Source: Christensenella sp. UBA1214
GTDB lineage: Bacteria; Bacillota; Clostridia; Christensenellales; CAG-138
Length of the DNA: 64,000 nucleotides
Direction: 5' to 3'
Assembly (NCBI GenBank): GCA_002309375.1
Contig: DBXK01000041.1
Location: 2,001 to 66,000 of the forward strand
In this document: positions 17,817 to 28,594 of the stretch, one piece after another
Layout of the letters: the number at the start of each line of letters is the position of its first letter
How positions within the stretch are numbered: the stretch's first letter is position 1
The notes under the pieces: model-generated
Database searches by the model: none
The model's input: only the letters and a program-made list of their open reading frames with translations
Told to the model about the DNA's origin: nothing
Translations under genes and position numbers: made by a program

Positions 17817-19538
17817 TTGGAAGAGTATGAAAGCATAAGCGGCGGCAGCGCTTCCGCTGTAGATAAATCGGATAAAGCAGATCGCAGGATCGCTCGCGGA
17901 CGCAAGTGTTTCCTTGTCGAGCTCATAATCGGCGTTCTCGCCATGGCGGGTATAGCCTATATGCTTACGCGGGCTGAAAAAAACTATGCCGAAGCAGAGC
18001 GCGAGCTTGAAACCGCATACAGCTCCTCCGTCGTTGAAAGAGAGGACGGTTCGCTTGTCGTGAGCGGCGATTACGCCGGCAAGTCTTTTGAATATGTCGA
18101 GGACGGCAGGATCGTCGAAGGCGTTACCCTTGCGGGGATCCCCCTCAGCGGAATGAACTATGAAGAAGCAAGGCAGGCGCTGCTCGAAGAGATCGACAGG
18201 CGGATCGAGAATATCAATATCAGCATGACCGTCGACGGTGCCACGATCCTTCTCAACGCATCCGATTTCAGCATTACCTGCTCGCAGGATGTCAACGAGC
18301 TGATCCACAGCGCGCTGCGCGTCGGCAGGGAAGAGGATAAGGACTATTACAGCGTCTATCTTGAGCGGCAGAGGATCGCGGAAGAAGGCGTCGATCTCGG
18401 AGATTTCGAGCTCGTGCTGAACGAAGAATCGCTCCGCGAGAAAGTCGATTATATTGCCTCAGTCGTAGACAGATCCCCTGCGGAGCCTTATATCACTCTT
18501 CTCAACAGGCTTGGCGGCGGCAAGCCCGGCGTCGGCGTCGGAGGCGATGCATCCGATATTTTCACTACGAAAACGGTTTATGCTCCCGACGGAAAGGCGA
18601 TGGCGGACATCCAGTTCCACAACGGCAGGAGCGGCTATGTCCTCGACAAGGAAAAACTGCTCGGCAGGATCGTCAACGCATTCAAAAGCGGCGATTACAG
18701 CGCGGAGCTCGAGGTCGAACTTGAACCGACCGATCCGCAGATGACCGCGGAGGAACTTGCGGAAAGCTTTGTTGAGCTTTCCCGCTTCTCGACCAACTTT
18801 TCGTCCAGCAGCACCTCTCGTGCAAGGAATGTCCAAAAGGCAGCGGGCCTGCTGAACTGCACGATCATGGTGCCCGGCGAAAACTGCAGCTATAATGACA
18901 TCCTCGGTCCCCGTTACGAAAGCGACGGCTGGCTTCCCGCTCCCGGCATTTCCGGAAACGAGTATATCGACAGCCCCGGCGGCGGCATCTGCCAGGTCAG
19001 CACGACCCTTTATAACGCGCTGCTCAAAGCCGGCGCCGACTTCCCGAAATCGACTGCGTCGGAATCCCCGAGACTCCTGATCGTCCGCCGTTTCCCGCAT
19101 TCGATCCCGGGCAGCTATATCGCCAAAGGTCTCGATGCAACGGTTTCTTACGGCGGCCCGGATCTTGTCTGGCGCAATACAGGCGATACGCAGATGCTGC
19201 TGTTCGCTTATGCCGACATGAACACCCGCAATGTTTATGCCTTCATCTACGGCGTTCCGGATGAGGTCCGTTACACCTACAGGATCTGGTCCGAAACGAT
19301 CGAAACGATCCCCGCTCCGGAGACGATCCAGATAGCGGAAAAGCTTTGGCCGACCGGCTATTCCAAGCTGGTCGTCAAGCCGCGCACCGGTTATAAGGTC
19401 GCCGTTTTCCGCCAGAAGTACGACATGGACGGCAACGCCGTCGGCGATCCCGTGCAGCTTTATCTGGATACCTACAAGGCTCAGCGCGGAGAGCTGCACT
19501 ACGGAACCGGCCCGGCGTCGCTGCCGAGGCCCGAATAA
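17817..19538 (+). CDS. VanW family protein, membrane-anchored
   Basis: VanW core (RARNVQKAAGLLNCTIMVPGENCSYNDILGPR...GGGICQVSTTLYNALLKAG). N-terminal TM (LIIGVLAMAGIAYML). Start placed at in-frame TTG 17817, 6 nt after GGAGG. A TTGAAT-17-TATAAT promoter at about 17722-17751 argues against the listed start at 17715. Confidence 0.8.
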   Translation: MEEYESISGGSASAVDKSDKADRRIARGRKCFLVELIIGVLAMAGIAYMLTRAEKNYAEAERELETAYSSSVVEREDGSLVVSGDYAGKSFEYVEDGRIVEGVTLAGIPLSGMNYEEARQALLEEIDRRIENINISMTVDGATILLNASDFSITCSQDVNELIHSALRVGREEDKDYYSVYLERQRIAEEGVDLGDFELVLNEESLREKVDYIASVVDRSPAEPYITLLNRLGGGKPGVGVGGDASDIFTTKTVYAPDGKAMADIQFHNGRSGYVLDKEKLLGRIVNAFKSGDYSAELEVELEPTDPQMTAEELAESFVELSRFSTNFSSSSTSRARNVQKAAGLLNCTIMVPGENCSYNDILGPRYESDGWLPAPGISGNEYIDSPGGGICQVSTTLYNALLKAGADFPKSTASESPRLLIVRRFPHSIPGSYIAKGLDATVSYGGPDLVWRNTGDTQMLLFAYADMNTRNVYAFIYGVPDEVRYTYRIWSETIETIPAPETIQIAEKLWPTGYSKLVVKPRTGYKVAVFRQKYDMDGNAVGDPVQLYLDTYKAQRGELHYGTGPASLPRPE

Positions 19539-19686
19539 ACCGCAGGGCGGCACCGAACCAACGGAAAAGCTATCTTTATGCGTTGGCATGTTTTCGTTAG
19601 GATACGCAAGCCGTATTGACAAAAACACCGTCAACCGTTAAAATAGGCAGAGTTTTGATTTAAACAAAAGGAGATTGAAACTGAAA

Positions 19687-21150
19687 ATGAAAACCAAGCT
19701 CACCAAACTCGCAGCACTGCTCATTGCCGTCATCATGATTGCCGGCACGATCGCGTGCGCAACGGAAAAGAACCCCGGTATTGGCAGAGTCGGCAAGGTC
19801 GAATACAGGATAGCCGATTATGTCAAATACTTCCAGACATATTCGATGATGGCAAATTACGTTGAAGATTACAACGAATACATCAAGGATTACATGATCT
19901 CCCGCGGTGCAATGCTCACCAAGGCTCAGGAGCTCGGTATCACGCTGACCGAGGACGAGGAGAAGGCGCTCGAGGAGAAAGCCCAGTCCCAGATCGATGA
20001 GGAAATCGACAAGATGACCATCGACGCCGGTATCGAGGGCGAAGAAGCCATCGCAAAGGCCAAAGCCGAAGCTTACAACAAGCAGCTCAGCAAGGCCGGC
20101 TACTACAAGAATGTCGATGAGCTCAAAAAGGCCATCATCAAGGAGCTCCGCGAGGATGAAATGATCTCCAAGCTCCGCCAGAGGATCTATGACTCCGTCG
20201 AGATCCAGCCCGAAGCCGTCAATACCTATTGTGAGCTCAACGCCTCCAAGGATAAGGAAAAATACGAAAACGACGCCAACACTTTCGCCAGCGCTTACAA
20301 CAACTACATTACCGGCAAGGGCGCCGTTCCTCTCTTCACCCCCGCCGATATGTTCACTGTCAAGCACTGCCTGATCCAGTTCACCAACCAGGACAAGATC
20401 GGCGATACCGTTGACGGAGAGACCGTTACCGGTGAATTCGATGATGACAAGCAGAAGAGGATCGACGATATCGTCGCGGCACTCAACGGCGGCATCACCC
20501 TCGAAGAGTTCATCGCCAACTATGTCGAAAGCAAGGATTATAACGACGATGCCATTTTCGTCCCGACGGATGACGACGGCACTATCGAAACCAACCCGCA
20601 GCTCGGCTACCGCGAGCACGGCTACATCATGAATGAGAAGATGCTGGACAAGTACTTCGATGGTTTCGGTGCGGCGGCCTGCCTGCTCCACTATGGCGAG
20701 AATTGGGTGATCCCCGTTGAAGAAACCGAAGAGTCCGAAGGCAGCGGCGACGCGGAGGCAACTCCCGCTCCGACCGATGAGCCCGAAACGACCGGCGAAC
20801 CCGAGGCAACTCCCGAACCTCCGATCGAGAAGTATCAGATCACCTTCTTCAACACCACCGACGGCCACAAGATCGCAAAGGTCCAGTCGAACGTCAAGGG
20901 CGGCGGCGTCCACTTCATTTGGGTCGCTGAAGAGCTGACCGCGGGCGAGGTCACTGTTGATATCACCAACACCGAATCCCCCGAATACAAGAGCATCGAG
21001 AGCAACCTTCTTTCCGAGGCGCAGTCCAAGCGCTTCAGCGAAGAGCTCGATAAGTGGAAGAGCGAAGTCAGCGTTTCCCTTAACAATAAGTACATCGACA
21101 ACTACTGCAGGAACTATCTCGGCTATACTCCGCAGAAGAGCGGCAACTGA
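19687..21150 (+). CDS. Lipoprotein, PrsA/SurA-like foldase (divergent parvulin-like PPIase; tentative)
   Basis: Lipobox IAGTIAC. SurA-N-like helical region. Parvulin-like remnants (FTVKHCLIQF ... GGGVHFIWV) are separated by a large insert. Confidence 0.5.
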   Translation: MKTKLTKLAALLIAVIMIAGTIACATEKNPGIGRVGKVEYRIADYVKYFQTYSMMANYVEDYNEYIKDYMISRGAMLTKAQELGITLTEDEEKALEEKAQSQIDEEIDKMTIDAGIEGEEAIAKAKAEAYNKQLSKAGYYKNVDELKKAIIKELREDEMISKLRQRIYDSVEIQPEAVNTYCELNASKDKEKYENDANTFASAYNNYITGKGAVPLFTPADMFTVKHCLIQFTNQDKIGDTVDGETVTGEFDDDKQKRIDDIVAALNGGITLEEFIANYVESKDYNDDAIFVPTDDDGTIETNPQLGYREHGYIMNEKMLDKYFDGFGAAACLLHYGENWVIPVEETEESEGSGDAEATPAPTDEPETTGEPEATPEPPIEKYQITFFNTTDGHKIAKVQSNVKGGGVHFIWVAEELTAGEVTVDITNTESPEYKSIESNLLSEAQSKRFSEELDKWKSEVSVSLNNKYIDNYCRNYLGYTPQKSGN

Positions 21151-21315
21151 TCCTAGGCGGCGCTGAATCGGCGCAGGGATTAGCCCGACAACATAATCGA
21201 AAAAGAAGCAGGATATCGGTCCGATCCGATATCCTGTTTTTTGCCCATAAGGTTAACGCCGGGCATATGCATTTTTTCAGGCAAAACGGGAAAGACTCTC
21301 CGCATAAAGGAGAAA

Positions 21316-22068
21316 ATGCGAATGCCAACGCTCTTTGTCAGGACTTTGATCGTTTATCTTCTGATGTTCGCAGTGCTGCGTCTGATGGGAAAACGGCAGA
21401 TCAACGATATGCAGCCCTTCGATCTTGCTGTGACGCTGCTGATCGCGAACCTTGCCTCAGTGCCTATGGGCGATCCCGCAGTGCCTCTCGCATACGGCGT
21501 GATCCCGATGCTCGGGATGTTCATCATACACAGGCTCGTATCATTTGCATCGCTGAAAAGCGAAAAACTGCGCAAGGCCGTCTGCGGGAGCCCGCTCGTG
21601 ATCATTTCCCGCGGAGTTGTTCGGGAGGACGTCATGCGGGCTGCCAATTACAGTCTCAGCGATCTTACGGAACAGCTGAGGCTGAAGGAGATCTTTTCGC
21701 TCGCGTCGGTCGAATACGCGATCCTCGAAACCAACGGGAGCCTCAGTGTACTCCTGAAAGGCCCGTTCCAGACGCCGACGAACGAACAGCTCGGCCTTGA
21801 AAGCGAGAAAGCAGCGCCGGAGCTGATGCTCGTGATGGATGGGAAAATACATGAACGTGAGCTGGAATCCGTGGGATTGAATGCTCGAAAACTGAAAGAG
21901 ATACTTAAAAAGATGAAGATAGGCACCGTTAAAGAATGCTTCTTCGCCTCGCTCGACAGCTCGGGAATGCTGCATGCGCAGCGAAGGCTCGGCTTTGGCG
22001 GCAGCTGCGAAGCGCACTTCATGCCCATTGAAAAAGCAATGCGGGAGGGCGAAAAAAAGAATGGATAA
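21316..22068 (+). CDS. DUF421 (YetF-like) membrane protein
   Basis: LIVYLLMFAVLRLMGKRQINDMQPFDLAVTLLIANL is the DUF421 signature. Start is ATG 21316 or 21322, after AAGGAG. Confidence 0.8.
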   Translation: MRMPTLFVRTLIVYLLMFAVLRLMGKRQINDMQPFDLAVTLLIANLASVPMGDPAVPLAYGVIPMLGMFIIHRLVSFASLKSEKLRKAVCGSPLVIISRGVVREDVMRAANYSLSDLTEQLRLKEIFSLASVEYAILETNGSLSVLLKGPFQTPTNEQLGLESEKAAPELMLVMDGKIHERELESVGLNARKLKEILKKMKIGTVKECFFASLDSSGMLHAQRRLGFGGSCEAHFMPIEKAMREGEKKNG

Positions 22069-22468
22069 ACGCTTCAAAGGCCAGCCCGCCGCAGTTACAA
22101 TCGGTTTTCTTGCGGCTGTCCTGCTGCTTTTCGGCATTATGCTTGCTTCGGAACTCGGCTTGACTGCGCTTGAAAAGCGGACCGTGCCCCTTATTGATGA
22201 AGCGATCGCCGCCGCGATGGAGGGTGATACCGAAACCGCAAACCGCCTCAGCGCGCAGATCGACAGCACACTGCGGGAGGCGGAGCCCGCGCTGATGCTG
22301 ATCGCAAACCACAGGGATCTGATGGATATGCTCGATGCTTCGAACAAGGCGGTCCTGCTCGGGGAAACGGGGGAGCGTGACAGCTGTATCGAAGCGCTTT
22401 CCTCCGTTCGGACAGTGCTTCGCCTGCTCCTTGAAAACAATGACCTGACCTTCGGGAACATTCTGTAA
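22061..22468 (+). CDS. DUF4363-like small membrane protein (usual partner of DUF421)
   Basis: ATG 22061 overlaps the end of the DUF421 gene. One N-terminal TM followed by a helical domain. Family call made from memory of the DUF421-DUF4363 gene pairing. Confidence 0.55.
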   Translation: MDKRFKGQPAAVTIGFLAAVLLLFGIMLASELGLTALEKRTVPLIDEAIAAAMEGDTETANRLSAQIDSTLREAEPALMLIANHRDLMDMLDASNKAVLLGETGERDSCIEALSSVRTVLRLLLENNDLTFGNIL

Positions 22469-22628
22469 CAATATGATAATATATTTTATTTCCGACGGCG
22501 AAAAAGCGGATTTCGATGCAGGATATTTTCCCTTTGTGTCGTATAAGTGAGTTGCGGGCAGTTGATCCGAAGCATTTTCTGCCGATTCGATCGGAGCAAC
22601 TTTCTCAATAATCACAGGCGGTGACAAT

Positions 22629-24410
22629 TTGGCTTTCCCGGAAGCATGGATGAATGATCTGATGGCGCGGAACGAGATCGTTTCCGTCATTTCGGAGTAC
22701 ACCCACCTTGCGCCGAAGGGCGGAAGGATGTGGGGCCTTTGCCCTTTTCATCCGGAAAAGCAGGCTTCGTTCACCGTTTCGCCCGATAAACAGCTTTTCC
22801 ATTGCTTCAGCTGCAAAGCCGGCGGCAGCGTGATCCAATTCATCATGCAGGCGGAGAACCTTTCCTACGGCGAGGCCGTCCGTTTCCTTGCGCAGCGCGC
22901 CGGGATGGAGCTGCCGAACGAGGTGGACGACGCAAAGCTCCGCGCCGAAAAAGCCTTCCGCGACAGGCTGTACCAGGCCAACCGCGAGGCGGCGAAATTT
23001 TTCCATAAAACGCTGCTTTCCGATCAGGGCCTTCCCGCGAGGCAGTATCTGCTCCGCCGCGGGATCGACGGCAGCACCGCCGTAAGATTCGGCCTCGGCT
23101 ATTCGCCGAACGACTGGGATGCCCTCTTCAAATACATGACGGGCCTCGGCTTCACGCGCGACGAGCTGATCGCCGCGGGCCTCTGCATCAAGGGCCGCCA
23201 GGACGAAAAAAAGACCTTCGATTTCTTCCACGGGCGGCTGATGATCCCGATCATCTCCGCAAGCGGCACGGTGCTCGCCTTCGGCGGGCGCATCATCGAG
23301 GGCGACGACGGCGCGAAATACATGAACACCGGCGATACGCTGATCTACAACAAGCGCCACAATGTCTACGCCATAAACATGATGAAGGGCAAAAAACTCG
23401 ATGAACTCATCATGGTCGAAGGGTATATGGACGTCATCAGCCTTCATCAGCACGGCGTCGACAACGCCGTCGCTTCCCTCGGAACGGCGCTGACGAGCCA
23501 GCAGGTGCGCCTGATGAGCCGCTATGCAAAGCGCGTCGTCTATGCATACGACGGCGATTCCGCCGGCCAGAATGCGATGCTTCGCGGCGTGGACATCCTC
23601 AAAGAAGGCGGCGTCGAAGCCCGCGTGCTGGTCATTCCGGGCGGCGACGATCCCGATGAATACATCCGCAAATACGGCCGCGACGCATTTTTGAAGCTGC
23701 GCGATTCAGCGCTCACCGCCGTGCAGTTCAAGATCGAGAGCATGGCCAAAGCGCAGGATCTCGGTACTGCGGACGGGCGGCAGACCTTCGCGAAGAATGC
23801 CTGCAGCCTGCTGGCTTCGCTCGATCCCGTTGAGCGGGATCGCTATGTCCGCCTTGTTTCGGAGCGCAGCGGCATCGGCGTGGACGTCATCCGCCAGCAG
23901 TGCGGCGTTGCAAAGCCCGCGTCCGCTTCTTCGGCGGGCCGCGACAGGGTGCTGACCGGCTCGTTCAGAAGGCCGGGGGACTATGAAAAGCGCGAGCGCT
24001 CGGAGATCATGCTCCTTTCCTGCCTGATGGCATCGCGCTCTGCCGCCGCGGCGATCGTTCGCCTGCCGGATTATTCAACAAAGCTCTTTTCGCTCGAGGG
24101 CCTTGCGGATTTTGCCGAAAAGCTCGAAAAAGTCCATTCCGCCGGAAAGGAAGCCGACCTGCGGCTCCTGATCTCCTCGATCGAGGGTAATTCCGCAGAA
24201 AAGGTCGGCAGCGCCGCCGCAGGCGTGGACGATCTTGTGGATCCCGTTGAAACGGCGAAGGACTGCATCGCGGCGATCCTGAACGAGGAGCGCGAAACGA
24301 GGATCCGTGAACTTTCCGCGCTGATCGAAGCGGAAACGGATCCGAAAAAGCGCGGCGAGCTGCTGCGGGAGCAGATGGAGCTCGTGATGAAAATGCGCGG
24401 AAACAACTGA
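22629..24410 (+). CDS. dnaG: DNA primase
   Basis: Zinc-binding CPFHPEKQASFTVSPDKQLFHCFSCKAGG, a TOPRIM region (MVEGYMDVISL...AYDGDSAG), and position upstream of rpoD. Confidence 0.93.
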   Translation: MAFPEAWMNDLMARNEIVSVISEYTHLAPKGGRMWGLCPFHPEKQASFTVSPDKQLFHCFSCKAGGSVIQFIMQAENLSYGEAVRFLAQRAGMELPNEVDDAKLRAEKAFRDRLYQANREAAKFFHKTLLSDQGLPARQYLLRRGIDGSTAVRFGLGYSPNDWDALFKYMTGLGFTRDELIAAGLCIKGRQDEKKTFDFFHGRLMIPIISASGTVLAFGGRIIEGDDGAKYMNTGDTLIYNKRHNVYAINMMKGKKLDELIMVEGYMDVISLHQHGVDNAVASLGTALTSQQVRLMSRYAKRVVYAYDGDSAGQNAMLRGVDILKEGGVEARVLVIPGGDDPDEYIRKYGRDAFLKLRDSALTAVQFKIESMAKAQDLGTADGRQTFAKNACSLLASLDPVERDRYVRLVSERSGIGVDVIRQQCGVAKPASASSAGRDRVLTGSFRRPGDYEKRERSEIMLLSCLMASRSAAAAIVRLPDYSTKLFSLEGLADFAEKLEKVHSAGKEADLRLLISSIEGNSAEKVGSAAAGVDDLVDPVETAKDCIAAILNEERETRIRELSALIEAETDPKKRGELLREQMELVMKMRGNN

Positions 24411-24477
24411 GTTTCTTTTTCGGAGCGTCAGAAGGGCTCCGTTTGAAAGGATAAGATACCAAGGAGGTTCATCATAA

Positions 24478-25563
24478 ATGACTACCGAAGAAAAAATGCA
24501 GCCGATGGAAAAAGTGGACGAGCTGATCGAGCGCGGCAAATCGAAGGGCGAACTGACCTATAAGGAGGTCATCGACACCCTCGGCGGCGATCTGCTGGAT
24601 GTTGACCAGATGGAGGTCGTTTACGACCGCTTCGAGGACGCGAATATCGACGTCGTTGAGGAAGTCGACCAGAACGAGCTTGCTTCCGACGAGGTCGTGG
24701 AGATCAGCCCTAAGCTCGCCGCGTCCGAAGGCATTGCGATCGACGACCCGGTCCGCATGTACCTGAAGGATATCGGCCGCGTGCCCCTGCTTTCCGAAGC
24801 GGAGGAGAAGGAGATCGCCCAGCGCATGGCGGACGGCGATGAAGAGGCGAAGCAGGAGCTCACCAATGCGAACCTCCGCCTTGTCGTCAGCGTTGCGAAG
24901 CGCTATGTCGGCCGCGGACTGCAGTTCCTCGACCTGATCCAGGAGGGCAACCTCGGCCTCATCAAGGCGGTCGATAAATTCGATTACCGCAAGGGCTATA
25001 AGTTCTCCACATATGCGACCTGGTGGATCCGCCAGGCCATCACCCGCGCGATCGCGGACCAGGCGAGGACGATCCGCATACCCGTGCACATGGTCGAGAC
25101 GATCAACAAGCTCGTCCGCGTGAACCGTCAGCTCCTGCAGGAGCTCGGCCGCGAGCCGCGTCCCGACGAGATCGCGGAGGAGATGGGCTACAGCGAGGAG
25201 AAGGTCCGCGAGATCATCAAGATCGCGCAAGAGCCCGTTTCGCTCGAGACCCCGATCGGCGAGGAGGAGGACAGCCACCTCGGCGACTTCATCCCCGATG
25301 ACGACGCGCCCGCACCGGACAGCATGGCCACCTATGCGATGCTCAAAAAGCAGCTCACCGAGGTGCTGAACACACTCACCCCGCGCGAAGCCCGCGTGCT
25401 GCGCCTCCGCTACGGCCTCGTGGACGGCAAGACCCGCACCCTTGAGGACGTCGGCAAGGAATTCAACGTAACGAGGGAGCGCATCCGCCAGATCGAAGCA
25501 AAGGCGCTGCGCAAGCTGAAGCATCCTTCGAGGAGCAAGAGGCTGAAGGATTACATCGACTGA
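24478..25563 (+). CDS. rpoD: Primary RNA polymerase sigma factor (SigA/RpoD)
   Basis: [27 protein letters not shown] and region 4.2 [30 protein letters not shown]. Confidence 0.95.
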   Translation: MTTEEKMQPMEKVDELIERGKSKGELTYKEVIDTLGGDLLDVDQMEVVYDRFEDANIDVVEEVDQNELASDEVVEISPKLAASEGIAIDDPVRMYLKDIGRVPLLSEAEEKEIAQRMADGDEEAKQELTNANLRLVVSVAKRYVGRGLQFLDLIQEGNLGLIKAVDKFDYRKGYKFSTYATWWIRQAITRAIADQARTIRIPVHMVETINKLVRVNRQLLQELGREPRPDEIAEEMGYSEEKVREIIKIAQEPVSLETPIGEEEDSHLGDFIPDDDAPAPDSMATYAMLKKQLTEVLNTLTPREARVLRLRYGLVDGKTRTLEDVGKEFNVTRERIRQIEAKALRKLKHPSRSKRLKDYID

Positions 25564-25580
25564 TAACAGAGCATTCCGAA

Positions 25581-25625
25581 AAGGGCCGCGGCGGAGTCTG
25601 TCCGCCGCGGCCTTCGTCTGCTTTG
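25581..25625 (+). terminator. Hairpin terminator after rpoD
   Basis: AAGGGCCGCGGCGGA-gtctg-TCCGCCGCGGCCTTC with a weak T-tail. Confidence 0.55.
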
Positions 25626-25788
25626 CAAAATATAATGCAAAAAATCCAATTGACCTATTGAATTATCGGGACTTTTATTGTACAATAAATTCGGTATGTG
25701 TCGTCCTTCCGGAAGAGGAGGATCGGACGGCGCGCCTGCTGCTGCTTCCAAAGCTGAGGAAGCGGCAAAAGAAGGGAAATATTCTACA

Positions 25789-27195
25789 ATGCGGAAATTT
25801 TTAAGCCTTATTTTGTGCATCGCGTTCCTCACAGGACTGGCCGCGTGTACAAAACTGACTCCATCCGATGTTCCGGTGGTCGACGATACCGACTCTCCGC
25901 AGGTTATCATAACCGAGCCTGCGCAGAGCGATGCACCGTCCGCTGACCCGGCGTATACGGAGATCCCCGGAACGGAGGGACCTGTTGATACGCCCGCGCC
26001 TACGGAGCCCGCAACGGAGGAACCGGGCGAAACGGAGGAACCGAGCGCTACGCCGGCCGTGACAGATGTTCCGACGGCAACTCCCGTTCCGACCGCGACT
26101 CCGAAGCCGACGCAGACGCCTCCCCCGGTGACCTGCAATCCGTATCCGACGGATCCCACCGAGATCCGTTACGCGGAAGCCGGCAAAGCACTTATGCGCA
26201 AGCTGAAGTCGATGCCCGAATACGAGAGCCTTAACCTTCGCGTCCGCAGGGGCTATCCCTATCTGATCGCGATCAACAAGGCGCAGTATAAAAATACCGT
26301 GACCGTCTACTGTGCGGATGAAAACGGCGAATACACAAGGCCCTATCTCGCGATCGTCTGCTCCGCCGGAAACGCGACTCCGCTCGGCGTTTTCAATACG
26401 AGGGCGCAGTACAGCTGGCATACTCTTGTCGGCCCTTGCTATGGCCAGTACTGCACAAGGATCACCGAAGGCTTCCTGTTCCATTCCGTGCCGTACTACA
26501 CCATGCATAAGTACGATCTGGAATACAAACAGTACAACAAGCTCGGACGTCTCGCTTCCAAGGGCTGCGTCCGCCTGCCCTGCAGCGATGCAAAATGGAT
26601 CTATGACAACTGCCGCGTCGGCACCACTGTCGTGATCTATAATGATTCCTCGAGTCCCGGCCCGATGGGCCAGCCGACTCCGCTGCGCCTCGACGTCAAC
26701 GATATTTATATGCGCGGCTGGGATCCCACCGACCCCGACAGGTACAATCCCTGGGGCGATGAATACAAGGCCGGTTATACGATCCGCTCGATCCTTGCCC
26801 AGGCCGATTATGAGTACGCGATGGCGCATCATCTCTGGGACGGCTCGATAAACAGGCCCGAGCAGCCGACCCCGACGCCGGATCTTCCCGCAACGCCGAC
26901 CCCGACGCCCGTTCCTTCGGAAACCCCGACTCCGACACCCGAGCCTCCGACGAGCGAGCCTCCGACGAGCGAGCCGCCGACGACCGAACCGCCGACGCCC
27001 ACTCCGACTCCGACGCCCACTCCGACATCGACGCCGACGCCCGAACCCGCAACGCCGACTCCGCCTCCCGAGGAAGGCAGGCCGACGCCTGAGCCGACAA
27101 CGCCCGAGCCGACCGATCCGCCGGAAGCGATCATTCCCGGTAAAAGCGTCGCGCTCAGCATGATCATTAGACTGTTCTCGGAGATCTTCGGCTGA
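25789..27195 (+). CDS. L,D-transpeptidase (YkuD domain) lipoprotein with Pro/Thr-rich linkers
   Basis: Lipobox LTGLAAC at the ATG 25789 start. YkuD catalytic region FLFHSVPY...RLASKGCVRL. C-terminal PT-rich tract and hydrophobic end. Confidence 0.85.
   Translation: MRKFLSLILCIAFLTGLAACTKLTPSDVPVVDDTDSPQVIITEPAQSDAPSADPAYTEIPGTEGPVDTPAPTEPATEEPGETEEPSATPAVTDVPTATPVPTATPKPTQTPPPVTCNPYPTDPTEIRYAEAGKALMRKLKSMPEYESLNLRVRRGYPYLIAINKAQYKNTVTVYCADENGEYTRPYLAIVCSAGNATPLGVFNTRAQYSWHTLVGPCYGQYCTRITEGFLFHSVPYYTMHKYDLEYKQYNKLGRLASKGCVRLPCSDAKWIYDNCRVGTTVVIYNDSSSPGPMGQPTPLRLDVNDIYMRGWDPTDPDRYNPWGDEYKAGYTIRSILAQADYEYAMAHHLWDGSINRPEQPTPTPDLPATPTPTPVPSETPTPTPEPPTSEPPTSEPPTTEPPTPTPTPTPTPTSTPTPEPATPTPPPEEGRPTPEPTTPEPTDPPEAIIPGKSVALSMIIRLFSEIFG
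26860..27125 (+). repeat. Pro/Thr/Glu-rich low-complexity coding repeats
   Basis: PTPTPDLPATPTPTPVPSETPTPTPEPPTSEPPTSEPPTTEPPTPTPTPTPTPTSTPTPEP, with near-tandem GAGCCTCCGACGAGC units in the DNA. Confidence 0.85.
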
Positions 27196-27216
27196 ATCTG
27201 ACAGCATCAATAATCA

Positions 27217-27254
27217 AACACGGCATCCCGCATTGATGGGATGCCGTGTTTTTA
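27217..27254. terminator. Hairpin terminator between convergent genes
   Basis: AAACACGGCATCCC-gcattgat-GGGATGCCGTGTTT followed by TTTAT. Confidence 0.75.
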
Positions 27255-27274
27255 TCAGCGTATTTACAGCCCTG

Positions 27275-28594
27275 TTATTTCTTTTCGGATTTTCGAATGC
27301 CGGCAAGGAGCGTTTTCATGCGTTCGGCGTCGGTGTTCGTCGGCGCTTCATCCATCCTGTAGCGTGCGGTCTCATAAAGCTCGGTGAATTCCGTTATATC
27401 AGCCTTGTTTGCGTAAAACAAGCGGCGGCTCGCCCGGGTATTGATATCGGAGCATGTGTCTGAAGAGCGGAGATTGACATGAAGCCGACGCAGATACCGC
27501 AGGAATTCCGAATAAAGATACCGCATACGGACGCGCGGATCGGAGCTGCGGCGGCTGAGACGCGCATTTTTTGCCCTGCTGACCTCCTCCGTGAGATTCT
27601 CGCGCACTTCATTCGGGTAGCCAGTGCCGCGGTTTGCACGGCGTTTGCGGAGCTTCAGGATCTGCCTGATCAGAATGATAAGCATGATCACACCCACCAC
27701 GACGAAAAACGCAGCCGAAACCCATTCAAGATTATCCTTGATCATCGAAGGCGGGGGGCCGTCATCGGGTTTACTGACGGGGGGCAGAGGAAGGGCCGGA
27801 ACGGGGACGTCCTGATATTGCTGCGGTTCGAACGTATGGGAATAGTCGTTTGTCTGGCCCGAGATCACAAAAAGCTTGCCGATCCTGCCGAAAAGGCCGC
27901 CTATGAAATCGATGGCGGGGCCGATGACCTTCGAACCGATAAAGGTTATGACGTTTCCGAGATGGCGGAACGGATCGAGGAAGAAAACGACCGCGACGAT
28001 ACCGGCAAAAATCAGCGTATCGCGAAGCTGACGGCGGTTGAATGCTTTTTCATCAACGATCGTCTCCGCCGCGCGCAGGCCGCGCATCAGCAGGATACCC
28101 GATGCAAGCAGCATGACTGCGACAGGAACGAGTTCGTTGAGCGCGGTGCGGACATATTCGGTCTTGATGCGGAAAAGCCCGTTGTCGGCAGCGCCTGCAA
28201 CGATCGCGATGATCACAAGGATGGTTATGATGACCGCTGCTCGGAATTTATTGGCAAAATCATCGCGGGTGGTGGCATGGCGAAGAAGGGGAAGAAAGAT
28301 CCCCGCAGCAACAAACGCCGCGCCGTAGCCGATGTAATGCGGCAGGGAAGCGGATGCCCAAAGAAGGATGGGCAGGAACCCGAGCAGCGCGATCACGGTT
28401 CCGAGGACCCCGAAAAGCCATTTGAAGCCTTTGAGTTTACGGCTCACGGCCGGCAGAAGGAAAACGAAAAGGCCGAAATACAGGCAGGCAAAGCTCGAAA
28501 GCGGTATCGCCGCGCCCGTCAGCACCGTGACGATGAGCGTGATGTAGAGGTATACGAGCGTTGCGGCAAAAACCGTGCGGTAGAACCTGTTCAT
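27275..28594 (-). CDS. Polytopic membrane protein with DUF4129-like C-terminal domain (third gene of the MoxR operon)
   Basis: Multiple TM segments. The C-terminal cytoplasmic region (YLYSEFLRYLRRL...ELYETARYR) resembles DUF4129. 4-nt overlap with the upstream DUF58 gene. Confidence 0.6.
   Translation of the reverse strand: MNRFYRTVFAATLVYLYITLIVTVLTGAAIPLSSFACLYFGLFVFLLPAVSRKLKGFKWLFGVLGTVIALLGFLPILLWASASLPHYIGYGAAFVAAGIFLPLLRHATTRDDFANKFRAAVIITILVIIAIVAGAADNGLFRIKTEYVRTALNELVPVAVMLLASGILLMRGLRAAETIVDEKAFNRRQLRDTLIFAGIVAVVFFLDPFRHLGNVITFIGSKVIGPAIDFIGGLFGRIGKLFVISGQTNDYSHTFEPQQYQDVPVPALPLPPVSKPDDGPPPSMIKDNLEWVSAAFFVVVGVIMLIILIRQILKLRKRRANRGTGYPNEVRENLTEEVSRAKNARLSRRSSDPRVRMRYLYSEFLRYLRRLHVNLRSSDTCSDINTRASRRLFYANKADITEFTELYETARYRMDEAPTNTDAERMKTLLAGIRKSEKK

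Noticed and set aside
18459-20913. Minus-strand ORFs 18459..19634 and 19660..20913
   Set aside because: They are antisense to the VanW and PrsA-like lipoprotein genes, with no SD or motif support.
22605-27210. Minus-strand ORFs antisense to dnaG, rpoD and the L,D-transpeptidase gene (22605..23453, 24472..25524, 25801..27210)
   Set aside because: The sense genes are highly conserved housekeeping genes, so these are antisense artefacts.
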